Positions 1 to 11,289 of a DNA stretch of 64,000 nucleotides are shown piece after piece (within the stretch, counting starts at the first letter, position 1; each line of letters starts with the position of its first letter). The translations under genes and the position numbers were made by a program. Location: the NCBI RefSeq assembly GCF_036971445.1, contig NC_091474.1:9486001-9550000 (forward strand), in the 5' to 3' direction. The DNA is from Narcine bancroftii (Eukaryota). The notes under the pieces are model-generated. The model was not told the origin of the DNA. It ran no database searches and was given only the letters and a program-made list of their open reading frames with translations.

Positions 1-1375
1 TTGTATATAGATAGGTTTTAAAGGAGATAGACTGTGGGTTTTTTAGTTAGGTCACAGACAGATACAAACAATTAAAAATAAATACAAGAGCTTGGCTCAA
101 GCATGAAGGTCCAGGCTCCAATTACCTTTGCAAAAACTTTGAAGAAGGCCTATAGAGATGTCACAAGTAGGTGTTAATTGGACATGCTGTGGAGTAATGG
201 ATTATTCTTTTGGAAAGCAACAGATGAATGGACTCAGAAGATCGGGTCTGCATCTGAATGCAGTTTGCTGTTCTAAGAAGGTCATGTGGGTTTGCAAGCA
301 GAGAAAGACAAACAGGCTTTTCTGTGTATGTGAGGAGGGGGGGGGGAAATTCAGTTCTACAGTTCAGCAGCAGCAGCAGCTGGGACTAGAACAGGACAAG
401 ATGGCAAGCTTGTGGGAAAACCCATTTTGAAGACAGCTTGTGAGTTCTTAGTTCAGCCTAGTCAAAGCCCTTGTGGTCCATACAAGAGATGGCTGGCTGT
501 ATAATGGTTCACTTGAAATAAGGGAAACAAAAAGGAATTCTGTGGTGACCTGAAAGAAAGAGGTTATCATCTGGAAAACCCTGATGGGGCATGATTCTTT
601 GAAGTAGCTGATCAGAAGGAATCAGTCTGTGTCCAACAAGCAACAAATCTCTCTGAAAACCGACAAGAACCTTCCTGAATGGTAAGCATTGACCTGTAAG
701 CACCAGAGCCTAGTGAAGATTCACAAATGTTAAATTCTGCGCACAATATAAGAATTGCCTGATACCAGTGAGAAGTGAGATTGGACTGTGAACCAAATAA
801 TTTCTCTGAATTTATACACACACATTACATACACATGCGCTTAGAATTAGAAGGGGGTTAAGTTAATAGTTGGCCACCGTGACAGAGGTGCACCAAAGAA
901 AAGGTACAAGGACTGCCTAAAGAAATCTCTTGGTACCTGCCACATTGACCACCGCCAGTGGGCTGATAACGCCTCAAACCGTGCATCTTGGCGCCTCACA
1001 GTTTGGCGGGCAGCAGCCTCCTTTGAAGAAGACCGCAGAGCCCACCTCACTGACAAAAGGCAAAGGAGGAAAAACCCAACACCCAACCCCAACCAACCAA
1101 TTTTCCCTTGCAACCGCTGCAATCGTGTCTGCCTGTCCCGCATCGGACTGGTCAGCCACAAACGAGCCTGCAGCTGACGTGGACTTTTTACCCCCTCCAT
1201 AAATCTTCGTCCGCGAAGCCAAGCCAAAGAAAAGAAAAAAGAAGTTAATAGTACATTAAAGTTTGATCCTGTTTTCATGTTTAAAGATAATTAAAAGCAA
1301 CTTTTGTCTAAGTAACCATTTGTCTTGGTGAATTTCTATTGCTGCTGGGTTTGGGGGTCCTCTGGGCCCGTAACG
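1..1375. mobile_element. LTR-like segment (probable Gypsy LTR, cut off at the window start), interrupted by an RTE insertion
   Basis: Non-coding segment ending ...ggtcctctgggcccgtaac, a TGTTAC-type LTR terminus on the reverse strand. It abuts L1 endonuclease remnants at 1376. Family assignment is from pattern recognition only. Confidence 0.5.
871..1241 (+). mobile_element. 5'-truncated RTE LINE (3' end only)
   Basis: Near-identical to 3806-4169. Flanked by the 11-bp target-site duplication AAGTTAATAGT (860-870 and 1242-1252), with an A/G-rich tail. Confidence 0.95.
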
Positions 1376-1750
1376 CCAGTTAAAAAGTAGAGTGGTAAAA
1401 ACTGAATATTTGGAAGACTTATCAGATCATTCACCGTAAAATTTAACGGTTGCAATAATGGAAAAACAAGAAAGCGTGTATAGATGGCATCTCAATGTCA
1501 CACTGTTGAGTTTATTAAGAGACGATAGAACTATTTTGTGAAACTAATTTTTCTTCTACTAATAACAGCTTTCTAATATGGGAAACGCTTGAAGTTTACT
1601 TAAGAGGTCAAATTATTTCTTAAACAAAATTCTTGAGAGAATACGCTAGAATTGGATGGTTTGGGGAAAGATATAACAAAACTAGAAGAAGAATATCAAA
1701 GAACAGGGTTACAAGAAAAATAGTCTATTAGAGAATAAAAAAAGATACCA
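1376..1750 (+). mobile_element. Degraded L1/Tx1-clade LINE ORF2 (end of endonuclease), continued at about 6304
   Basis: Remnant motifs SDHSP (tcagatcattcaccg) and WETL..LRGQIIS. The reading resumes after the CR1 insertion with ..YEFGEQVHKLLAWQ. Confidence 0.7.
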
Positions 1751-1852
1751 GAGAATAGTGGTGGAAAATTGTTGGTCAAATTGGAGGCCTCCAAAGTGGA
1801 GTGCCTCAGGGATTGGTACTGGGTCCATTGTTATATAGTAATGATCTAGATC

Positions 1853-4169
1853 TAGACCCTCTGGGATCAGTTGAAGGCTACCATACTGCAATCCACTGAA
1901 GAGGTACTGGGCTTCTCCTCCAGGAAAAACAAGGACTGGTTTGACGAAAACAGCCAGGAAATCCAGGAGCTGCTGGCAAAGAAGCGAGCTGCCCACCAGG
2001 CTCACCTTACAAAGCCGTCCTGTCCAGAGAAGAAACAAGCCTTCCGTCGCGCATGCAGCCATCTTCAGCGCAAACTCCGGGAGATCCAAAATGAGTGGTG
2101 GACTAGCCTCGCCAAGCGAACCCAGCTCAGCGCGGACATTGGCGACTTCAGGGGTTTCTATGAGGCTCTAAAGGCTGTGTATGGCCCCTCACCCCGTCCA
2201 AAGTCCGCTGCGCAGCTCAGACGGCAAAGTCCTCCTCAGCGACAAGATCTCCATCCTCAACCAATGGTCAGAACACTTCCAATCTCTTTTCAGTGCCAAC
2301 CGCTCAGTCCAAGATTCCGCCCTGCTCCAGCTCCCTCAACAGCCCCTAAGGCTAGAGCTGGATGAGGTCCTCACCGAGGATGAGACATATAAGGCAATCA
2401 AACAACTGAAAAGTGGCAAAGCAGCAGGTATGGATGGAATCCCCCCAGAGGTCTGGAAGGCTGGCGGCAAAACTCTGCATGTCAAACTGCATGAGTTTTT
2501 CAAGCTTTGTTGGGACCAAGGAAAACTGCCTCAGGACCTTCGTGATGCCACCATCATCACCCTGTACAAAAACAAAGGCGAGAAATCAGACTGCTCAAAC
2601 TACAGGGGAATCACGCTGCTCTCCATTGCAGGCAAAATCTTCGCTAGGATTCTCCTAAATAGAATAATACCTAATGTCGCCGAGAATATTCTCCCAGAAT
2701 CACAGTGCGGCTTTCGCGCAAACAGAGGAACTACTGACATGGTCTTTGCCCTCAGACAGCTCCAAGAAAAGTGCAGAGAACAAAACAAAGGACTCTACAT
2801 CACCTTTGTTGACCTCACCAAAGCCTTCGACACCGTAAGCAGGAAAGGGCTTTGGCAAATACTAGAGCGCATCGGATGCCCCCCAAAGTTCCTCAACATG
2901 ATTATCCAACTGCACGAAAACCAACAAGGTCAGGTCAGATACAGCAATGAGCTCTCTGAACCCTTCTCCATTAACAATGGCGTGAAGCAAGGCTGTGTTC
3001 TCACACCAACCCTCTTTTCAATCTTCTTCAGCATTATGCTGAACCAAGCCATGAAAGACCTCAACAATGAAGACGCTGTTTACATCCGGTACCGCACGGA
3101 TGGCAGTCTCTTCAATCTGAGTCGCCTGCAAGCTCACACCAAGATACAAGAGAAACTTGTCCGTGAACTACTCTTTGCAGACGATGCCGCTTTAGTTGCC
3201 CATTCAGAGCCAGCTCTTCAGCGCTTGACGTACTGTTTTGCGGAAACTGCCAAAATGTTTGGCCTGGAAGTCAGCCTGAAGAAAACTGAGGTCCTCCATC
3301 AGCCAGCTCCCCACCACGACTACCAGCCCCCCCACATCTCCATCGGGCACACAAAACTCAAAACGGTCAACCAGTTTACCTATCTCGGCTGCACCATTTC
3401 ATCAGATGCAAGGATCGACAACGAGATAGACAACAGACTCGCCAAGGCAAAGAGCGCCTTTGGAAGACTACACAAAAGAGTCTGGAAAAACAACCAACTG
3501 AAAAACCTCACAAAGATAAGCGTATACAGAGCCGTTGTCATACCCACACTCCTGTTCGGCTCCGAATCATGGGTCCTCTACCGGCATCACCTACGGCTCC
3601 TAGAACGCTTCCACCAGCGTTGTCTCCGCTCCATCCTCAACATTCATTGGAGCGCTTTCATCCCTAACGTCGAAGTACTCGAGATGGCAGAGGTCGACAG
3701 CATCGAGTCCACGCTGCTGAAGATCCAGCTGCGCTGGGTGGGTCACGTCTCCAGAATGGAGGACCATCGCCTTCCCAAGATCGTGTTATATGGCGAGCTC
3801 TCCACTGGCCACCGTGACAGAGGTGCACCAAAGAAAAGGTACAAGGACTGCCTAAAGAAATCTCTTGGTGTCTGCCACATTGACCACCGCCAGTGGGCTG
3901 ATATCGCCTCAAACCGTGCATCTTGGCGCCTCACAGTTTGGCGGGCAGCAACCTCCTTTGAAGAAGAGCGCAGAGCCCACCTCACTGACAAAAGGCAAAG
4001 GAGGAAAAACCCAACACCCAACCCCAACCAACCAATTTTCCCCTGCAGCCGCTGCAACCGTGTCTGTCTGTCCCGCATCGGACTTGTCAGCCACAAACGA
4101 GCCTGCAGCTGACGTGGACATTTACCCCCTCCATAAATCTTCGTCTGCGAAGACAAGCCAAAGAAGAAG
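1853..4169 (+). mobile_element. RTE-clade LINE, 5'-truncated, young
   Basis: RT motifs NYRGITLLSIAGK, FVDLTKAFD, GVKQGCVL and LFADD, plus a C-terminal CCHC-type zinc finger (CSRCNRVCLSRIGLVSHKRAC). A frameshift near 2190 separates ORFs 1871 and 2181. (AAG)n tail. Confidence 0.95.
2181..4112 (+). CDS. RTE LINE reverse transcriptase ORF (partial, no endonuclease domain)
   Basis: 643-aa open frame with a complete RT domain and terminal zinc finger. The N-terminus is lost by truncation and frameshift. Confidence 0.85.
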   Translation: MAPHPVQSPLRSSDGKVLLSDKISILNQWSEHFQSLFSANRSVQDSALLQLPQQPLRLELDEVLTEDETYKAIKQLKSGKAAGMDGIPPEVWKAGGKTLHVKLHEFFKLCWDQGKLPQDLRDATIITLYKNKGEKSDCSNYRGITLLSIAGKIFARILLNRIIPNVAENILPESQCGFRANRGTTDMVFALRQLQEKCREQNKGLYITFVDLTKAFDTVSRKGLWQILERIGCPPKFLNMIIQLHENQQGQVRYSNELSEPFSINNGVKQGCVLTPTLFSIFFSIMLNQAMKDLNNEDAVYIRYRTDGSLFNLSRLQAHTKIQEKLVRELLFADDAALVAHSEPALQRLTYCFAETAKMFGLEVSLKKTEVLHQPAPHHDYQPPHISIGHTKLKTVNQFTYLGCTISSDARIDNEIDNRLAKAKSAFGRLHKRVWKNNQLKNLTKISVYRAVVIPTLLFGSESWVLYRHHLRLLERFHQRCLRSILNIHWSAFIPNVEVLEMAEVDSIESTLLKIQLRWVGHVSRMEDHRLPKIVLYGELSTGHRDRGAPKKRYKDCLKKSLGVCHIDHRQWADIASNRASWRLTVWRAATSFEEERRAHLTDKRQRRKNPTPNPNQPIFPCSRCNRVCLSRIGLVSHKRACS

Positions 4170-4173
4170 AGAT

Positions 4174-5397
4174 CAGGGGTGTCAAACTCAAATTCACGGA
4201 GGGCCAAAATTAAAAACTTGGACTAAGTCGAGGGCCGAACTAAATATTTATTGAAAATTTTCAACAACATCTGCATGTTTTCTCGTCTTTCAACATATGC
4301 AATGTTAAACTTTTTCTTATGAAAATAAATGTTTAATAATAGTTTTGGATAAACTCTTTCCAGAAGCATTAACAAATGAGAAATAAAATATTCAATAAAT
4401 AATATTTCTCTATAGAGGATTTGTCAAATGTTGCTAGTGTGCTGTCGAATAGTAAAATCTGAGGGCTATTGAGAATGTGGGAGAATAACATGATTCCTGA
4501 AACAATCAAATGGGTGACTGATTGTGGGCATGAACTCTAGCAGGGTTATTTGCCATGCCCTTTTTTCCATTGGTACAGATATCCTTTGATTTACACACTT
4601 TTCAAGTTTTATGCCTAATGAGCTTGTATCCAGGTGCAGGACCATTTTTAACCAGGAATATATTTATCACTGTGACATGAAACTATTGGAAGATCGTTTT
4701 ATCCTGAGATTAAAATTCATAATACTTACTCAGGCCTGTGTGCGGGAGGGCGGGGTTTGCGGGCGATCAGGTTGGACAACGACAGTGCGGGGGCATCGGC
4801 TCTCGCTGCAGGGCGGCATCCCGGCGGATCAGCAGCCCTGTCACCGTGAGTCGCGGGTCGGCCTGCGGCAGGGAGGGGGAGTGGGCAATGGTCCTGGCGA
4901 GGTCAGGCCCGAGGCCTCCGGTTCCAGGCGCTGGGAAGCGGCCTTGGCTTCCCCTGACACCGGCAAGCCGCGCTGCGGTGGGGGGGCGGGCGGGGGGACA
5001 CAACAGTGCGGGGGAATCTCGGCGGATCAGCGGCCCCGTCACCGTGAGTCGCGGGTCGGCCTGCGGCAGGGAGGGGGAGTGGGCAACGGTCCTGGCGAGG
5101 TCAGGCCCGAGGCCTCCGGTTCTGGGCGCTGAGAAGCGGCCTTGACTTCCCCTGACACCGGCCAGGCCCCAAAACCAGAGTCCACGGTGAGACCCTGCAA
5201 CGTAAACAGAGGAGGTGGGGGCGATTAGTGGGCTGACGCCAATGCATTCTGGGATTTATAGTATTAACTGTGCATGCACTATACTGGCGCGGCGGCCAGC
5301 GGGCCACCTCTAATACATTTTTTAAATGATCTTGCGGGCCAAATATAATTATATCACGGGCCAAATTTGGCCCGCGGGCCAGAGTTTGACATGTGTG
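4174..5397. mobile_element. Non-autonomous hAT (Charlie/Buster-type) element with GC-rich cargo
   Basis: Termini CAGGGGTGTCAAACTC and GAGTTTGACATGTGTG. 8-bp TSD ATCTAGAT (1844-1851 and 5398-5405). Both ends are shared with the copy at 53000-53620. Confidence 0.9.
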
Positions 5398-6303
5398 ATC
5401 TAGATGATAGGGTGGTAAATTGGATTAGTAAGTATGCAGATGATATGAAGATTGGTGGTGTTGTGGACAGTGAAGAAGGTTATTAAAGCTTGCAGTGGGA
5501 TATAGGATGGTTAGAAGAGTGGGCTGTAAGATGGCAGATGGAGTTTAATACTGATAAATGTGAGGTGCTACATTTTGGTAGGTTAGTCAGCAAAGGTCAT
5601 ACACGTTAAATGGTAGACAATTCAGGAGTGTAGTAGAACAAAGAGATTTAGGAATTCTGGTACATAATTCCCTGAAAGTTCAGTCACATGTAGTGAAGAA
5701 AGCATTTGGTATGTTGGCCTTCGTAAATCAGAGTATGAATACAGGAGTTGAGATGTCAGGTTGAAGTTGTACAAGGTCAAATTTGGAATATTGTGTGCAT
5801 ATTTTGTCACTGAATTATAGGAAAGATATTAACAAAATAAAGTGCAGAAGAGATTTACAGGGTTTCAGTTACAGGGAAAGGTTGAGCAGGCTGAAACTTT
5901 ATTCCTTGGAGCGTCGAAGATTGTGAGGTGATTTGATAGAAGGTATTTAAAATTGAGAAGGACAAATAGAGTCAATGTGAACAGGATTTTTCCATTGAGA
6001 GTGGGGGAGATTCAAACAAGAGGACGCAGATTGAGATTGAAGGGGAAAAGGTTTAGGGGAAACAAGAGGGGGAATTTCTTCACTCAGAGGGTGATGGGTG
6101 TGTGGAATGAGCTTTGGCCAAAGTGGTAGATGTGGGTTCGATTTTAATATTTAAGGAAAAGTTGCATAGGTATATGGACAAGAGTGGTGCAGAGAGAGGG
6201 TTATGAGCCAGGTACAGGTGAATGTGACTAGGTGGGAGAAGGGTTTGGCACAGACTAGAAGGGCCGAACTGGCCAGTTTCTGTGCTGTAATTCTTATGAT
6301 TAT

Positions 6304-9130
6304 AAAACTCATTACAATCATAGAATGGAAAAAAATATTAAAAACTAAACAAAATATTATGAATTTGGAGAACAGGTACACAAACTTCTAGCTTGGCAGG
6401 TAAAGGCAGAGGAGTTATCTAGAATTATAAAAACAGAGGCTGATATTATAACATAAAAGAAGAATAATATACAAAATTATATAAATCAGAATTATTAGTA
6501 GATGAAAATGAAATGGATGAATTTTTAGCAAATATTGAACTTCCAAAATTAGAGAATGGATTGATTTAGATGCCCATTTCACAAGAGAAGAAACTGAGAA
6601 AGCTTTGATAACTTTACAAACTAATGTCTTCGATGGAGGATGGGTTTCCTCCCAAGTTCTAAAGACAATTTAAAGATTTATTGATGACTCTTAAGATGGA
6701 TATATTGGACTAGGTGGTGAGGACCTAGACTCTCTTGGAATCTTTCCCAACTGCTATTATTACAATGCTACTGAAGAAAAGTAGAGGCCCATTAAAAACT
6801 TCATCACATAGACCTATATCACTTCTGAATGCTGATTATAAAATATTGGCAAAAGCACTAGCTAATAAATTGGGGCAATAACTACCACAATTAAAACATA
6901 CAGATCAGGTGGGATTTGTTAAAAGAAGACACTTCAAATAGTGTGGGTAGACTATTTAACAGAAAACATGGCAAAATCAAAGATGAATCTGAGTAAAACT
7001 CTCCCTCGATGCAGAAAAAGCATTCGACCATTTAGAATGTTTTTTTTTCTATTTAAGACACTGAAAAAAGGTGATTAGAGGCAGAAAATTTATAAATTGG
7101 ATTAAAAACTATCATAATCCAGAAGCCAAAATTATAACTACTAATTAGATGTCAACAGTTTTTCCTCAAATAAATCAAGTAGACAGGGGTGTCCTCTGTA
7201 CTGAGCGCTTTTTACCCCAGCGATTGAACCGCTGGCAGATATTATAAGGAGATCTGGGCTTCAAAGTTGGAAAGAAAGAACAAAATTAGCTTGCTTATTT
7301 GCTGATGGTGTGCTACTATATATGTCTGACCTGGCTGAGTCCTTGATAAAATTACAATCAACATTAGAAAAATATGGAAGAGTATCATAAAAATAAATAT
7401 AGATAAGAGTGAGAATGCCATTGACAAATTTGATGATGAAGGATATCAAAAGGTAGTAAATTTAAATGGAATTCAATATTTTGAAATAATTACAGATAAT
7501 AATTTACAGAACATATATAAATGTAATTATACTCCTCTTTTAGAAAAATAGAGAAATATTTACAGAAAAGGGAAGACTTGCCAATTAATGGAAAGAGTAA
7601 ATTGTATTAAAATGAATGTGATGCCAAGATGACAGTATCTTTTTCAATTGCTGCCTATTTCACTACCTAAACATTTCTTTAAAGTATTAAATAATTCTGT
7701 AAGGCAAATCCTATGGAATAACAAAGTGTTGATAATTTCATTGGGAAAACTAACATGGGATTATAAACTGGGAGAACTTAAGACTTCCGGATTTTAAAAA
7801 GTATTATTTATCAGCACAAGCTAGATTTTTTAATCATGCTTCTTTGAAGAAGACAAACCCCCTTCTTGGATCCCAATGGGATTGTATTCATTAAAAGAGG
7901 GGACAGTGAAGGACTTTATTCATGTGGAATGTTAATAACAAAAAAGACAGATAACCCCTATATTAATACATATGATTATAATATGGCAAGAAATAAATGA
8001 ATGTATGGGGGGGGGGGGAGAAAACAGGTATATCACTAAGAACACCATTATGTAATAATGTTGCTACCCATGAATCTGGGCAACAAAATATTGAATTCCT
8101 GGTATGACAAAGAAATAAGATTTTGATAATTGTTATGTGGAGAGTTCTCATGTCTTTTGAACAATTATGAAATTAATATGGAGTAGTTTATGGAACTTTC
8201 TTTTGTTTTCTCCAGCTAAGACCGTTCCGAAGAGAAAGATGGGGGCCAAATTTGGCTCCACCTGAAATTAGTGAAAATGGAATGAATGATTTTGCTGGGG
8301 ATATCACCTAAATTTATAACTATGCTCTCCCGAATGAAAGTGCTAACCCAGGTTTACAGAGATAAGAGAAGGGAGTCGGATCTTGGTGTTGAAATTATGG
8401 AAAGATATTGGTTTGATTAGTGTTTGGATAGCATGACATCAATTATAAATGCAAGATACGGATTAGTTTAATATAATTTCCTACGCCAATTATATCTTAT
8501 ATAGATCAAATTCTGAAATATCAGAGATGAGCTTTAGATGCGGAACAGAAATAGGAACTTTTTATTTGTTACGTGGTTGTATTTGAAGATGAGACCTTTT
8601 TTGGCAGGATATTATTGAAATATTAACAAGGATAACTTGGGTGGGCTTCACAAGTGACCTGGAGCTCTATCTTATGGGTAACTTTATTGAAATAAGCAAT
8701 AAATTAACTAAATTTCATTTGTTAAAATAGCCTTAGCAGTGGTTAAGAAATGTAATGCAATTACTTGGAAATCCAACTCCCCATTACATATAGCATGGTG
8801 GACTACTAAGATGAATAGTTGCATAACTCTGGAAAGAACAAATATGACATATTTGTTAAGATATGGCAGCTATATTTGGATCATAAAAGGGCCCAATTAT
8901 AAATAAAATTACAATAATAAAAAGGACAATAATAGATACTGCTATAGTATAAATACACACAACTTCACCATATAGAATTTTTTATGGTTGATATAAATGT
9001 GAGCCCTGATGGTGTGTGAACTTATATTACCAAAGGGTGGGGAGGGGAGGGGTTGTTTTGTTTTTTTGTAGCTGGATAGCGAGCTAATTAGGTATGTTTA
9101 CGGAAAATAAAATAATCACAAAAAATGTTA
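6304..9130 (+). mobile_element. Degraded L1/Tx1-clade LINE ORF2 and 3' UTR
   Basis: Remnants of RPISLLNADYKILAKAL, LDAEKAFD, RQGCPL and LFAD, with many stops and frameshifts. G-rich 3' UTR and A-rich end. Confidence 0.85.
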
Positions 9131-9209
9131 AAAGATTGACACCCCTGCTTTACACTGACAAGACACCTAACAAAGCATATGACAAATAAAATTGCAGAAT
9201 AATGAATTA

Positions 9210-9551
9210 CATTAAAAGTCCAAAAATTTAGATGCCAGAAATCAAAATCATCTGAGAATCTGGACTTTTAAAAACTCTTGAACTTTTTCAATTTTGCGGG
9301 CTTTTGTGCACCTGAGTGCATGCGCAAGTGCCACAGATGCACCGCGGCAATAAGTGACCACTTTATGTTTCTTTAGAACCGCTCATTTTGATAAATGAAG
9401 CATGCTGTATTTGCTGATGAATACACTATCAAAATGTACTTGTTCATCTCTTTTTTATTCCTCCTGAAATATAAACTTTAAAAATATTGTTCAAGAACTG
9501 GGAAAATCTGAAATCCAGTCCAACCTAATCTGGATTTTAGGACTTCTACTG
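9210..9551. mobile_element. Tc1/mariner-pogo (Tigger-like) MITE
   Basis: Imperfect TIRs (ca[t]taaaagtccaaaaat and attttaggacttctactg) flanked by TA. A related inverted partial copy lies at about 10150-10306. Confidence 0.55.
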
Positions 9552-10149
9552 TACATAAACCAGTGGCTGCATACATTGTTTAAAGGAGGCGATGAGAATT
9601 TATACACAATATAAACAAAAATTAGAATGCAAAGTCTACTGCACTGCAGGCCACAACAGAATGCAAAATATAGAGTGAAAGAATTCGCTGAGAATAGCAG
9701 GAGAACGTATTAAAAACTTTCAAAGCAAGGTGATGGTGGCAACAAAAAAAATTTCTGGCCTTTCACTAAGCAAAATATTTCTACAGTAATTCAGAAGACT
9801 GCCAATATGAGCTTTTCGATAGACATGAACACGTAAGAAATGCAGAAATATTGATCATGTGCTTCAAGATTTGATTTAGTTTGATTAGGTATCATGTTCA
9901 GTGCAGACATCGAGGGCGAAATGGCATATTCCTGTGCTGTACTCCATCGATTTCTAACAAACATTGGTGCTGAGGCACAAGGAAATGTTTTGGATAAATG
10001 TCTTCAGGTTCATTCAAAACAGTAGGTTTCAAGAGACAAAAAAATACAAGTGCCATAATCTTAAGCTTACTGTGAGAAGCTGAAGAGATTCAACAGGTCA
10101 GGCAACATTCATGGGGAGAAATAGACATCAACACTTCACAGCAGGACCA

Positions 10150-10306
10150 TTTTTCAAGAGCTGGAAAAGGGTTCATAAAAAGTTGGAAAAGGATATACAA
10201 TCCCCACATGCAGTACGCGCACATGCACAAAATCCAAGAGTTGTTGACAAGTCCAGATTCTTGGGTTGTCCAGATTTCTGGCATCTGGACTTTTAGACTT
10301 TTACTG
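10150..10306 (-). mobile_element. Partial second copy of the same pogo-like MITE
   Basis: The reverse complement of 10250-10308 matches 9208-9270. Confidence 0.5.
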
Positions 10307-10469
10307 TATTACAGTTAACCTAAAACAGCCTGGAGGTGCATCTGATTTGTAACCCTCCACCTGGGTTGCTGTCAGGAACTTTGGTCACCAATATTCTCTG
10401 CAAGTAGAGGCGCCATCCTCTTAACACATGCTTACACATAGTAAAGAATGATCCAACATTACAAGATGG

Positions 10470-11070
10470 AGATTAACTACTGAAGTGGGCAAAGAAGACC
10501 AGATGGAACTTAAATCGAGCAAGTGCAATTTTTAGCACTTTGACAAGTTAAATCAGGGCAGAACTTATCACAGTAAATGGGAAAGCCTCAAGATATAGAA
10601 GCTCCTTGAATGTTGTTCTAAGTTGGTGGGAAGGCAGTTGGAACACTTGCCTTCGTCAATCAGCACATTGATTACAGTAGTAATCAATGGTTCATCATGT
10701 TAAAGCTGTACAAGACACTGGTGAAACCATATGAAGTATTTTGTGCAGTTATGGTCACCCTGCTATCTGAAGGATATCATTAAGATGGAAAGAGTGCAGA
10801 AAATATTAAAAGGAGTGGACTGGTTAAGTTACAAGGAGTGGCTGGGACTTCCCCCCCCACCCGAAACAAGGAGCAAGTGACCTTATTGAGGAACACAAAA
10901 TCACAAGAGACACTGATAAGGTAAATGGTCAGTTGGTTTCCCAGATTAAGGGAGCCTAAATCAGGAAGCTGTACACTTATGGCAAGTATGGAAAGATTTT
11001 AAAGGGACTTTCAAGGTAATTTTTTCCCACATAGAGGGAATTGGGGACATGGTATGACCTGCCAGTGGAT
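10470..11070 (+). mobile_element. Old CR1 LINE 3' fragment
   Basis: Remnants of W...WQMEFN..KC, LYKTLV.P and VQLWSP, similar to 5520-6170. Confidence 0.65.
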
Positions 11071-11289
11071 CAACAAATCAACAATGGATTGTATTACATA
11101 ATCTTCCAATCAACGATGCTGCTTTGTTTGTAATTCTAATTCCATGACCAGTGCCCTTATGTTGGCAATAACACCAAATTGAAAATCAGCAGATTCTTCA
11201 TTTGCATCATATCATTGATCTGGCCTCACTCATTTCTGAAGTAGCAAAGGGAATGATAACTGTTGCACTGAATCTCAATGTCAATGTCG

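Larger units (their letters stand above)
1751..6303 (+). mobile_element. CR1-like LINE 3' portion, split by a hAT MITE and an RTE (CR1 pieces 1751-1851 and 5398-6303)
   Basis: SGVPQGLVLGP motif at about 1795-1830 continues as NDLD..SKYADD at 5398-5445. CR1-type 3' UTR (ggccgaactggccagtttctgtgctgta) at about 6260-6290. Confidence 0.85.

Noticed and set aside
847-1278. Antisense ORFs recurring at 847, 3743, 25927 and 55139
   Set aside because: Shadow frames of the RTE 3' end, repeated only because the element is repeated.
4722-4732. U1 snRNA 5' end (ATACTTAC)
   Set aside because: Only 8 nt match and the rest is unrelated to U1. It is better read as a minus-strand splice donor.
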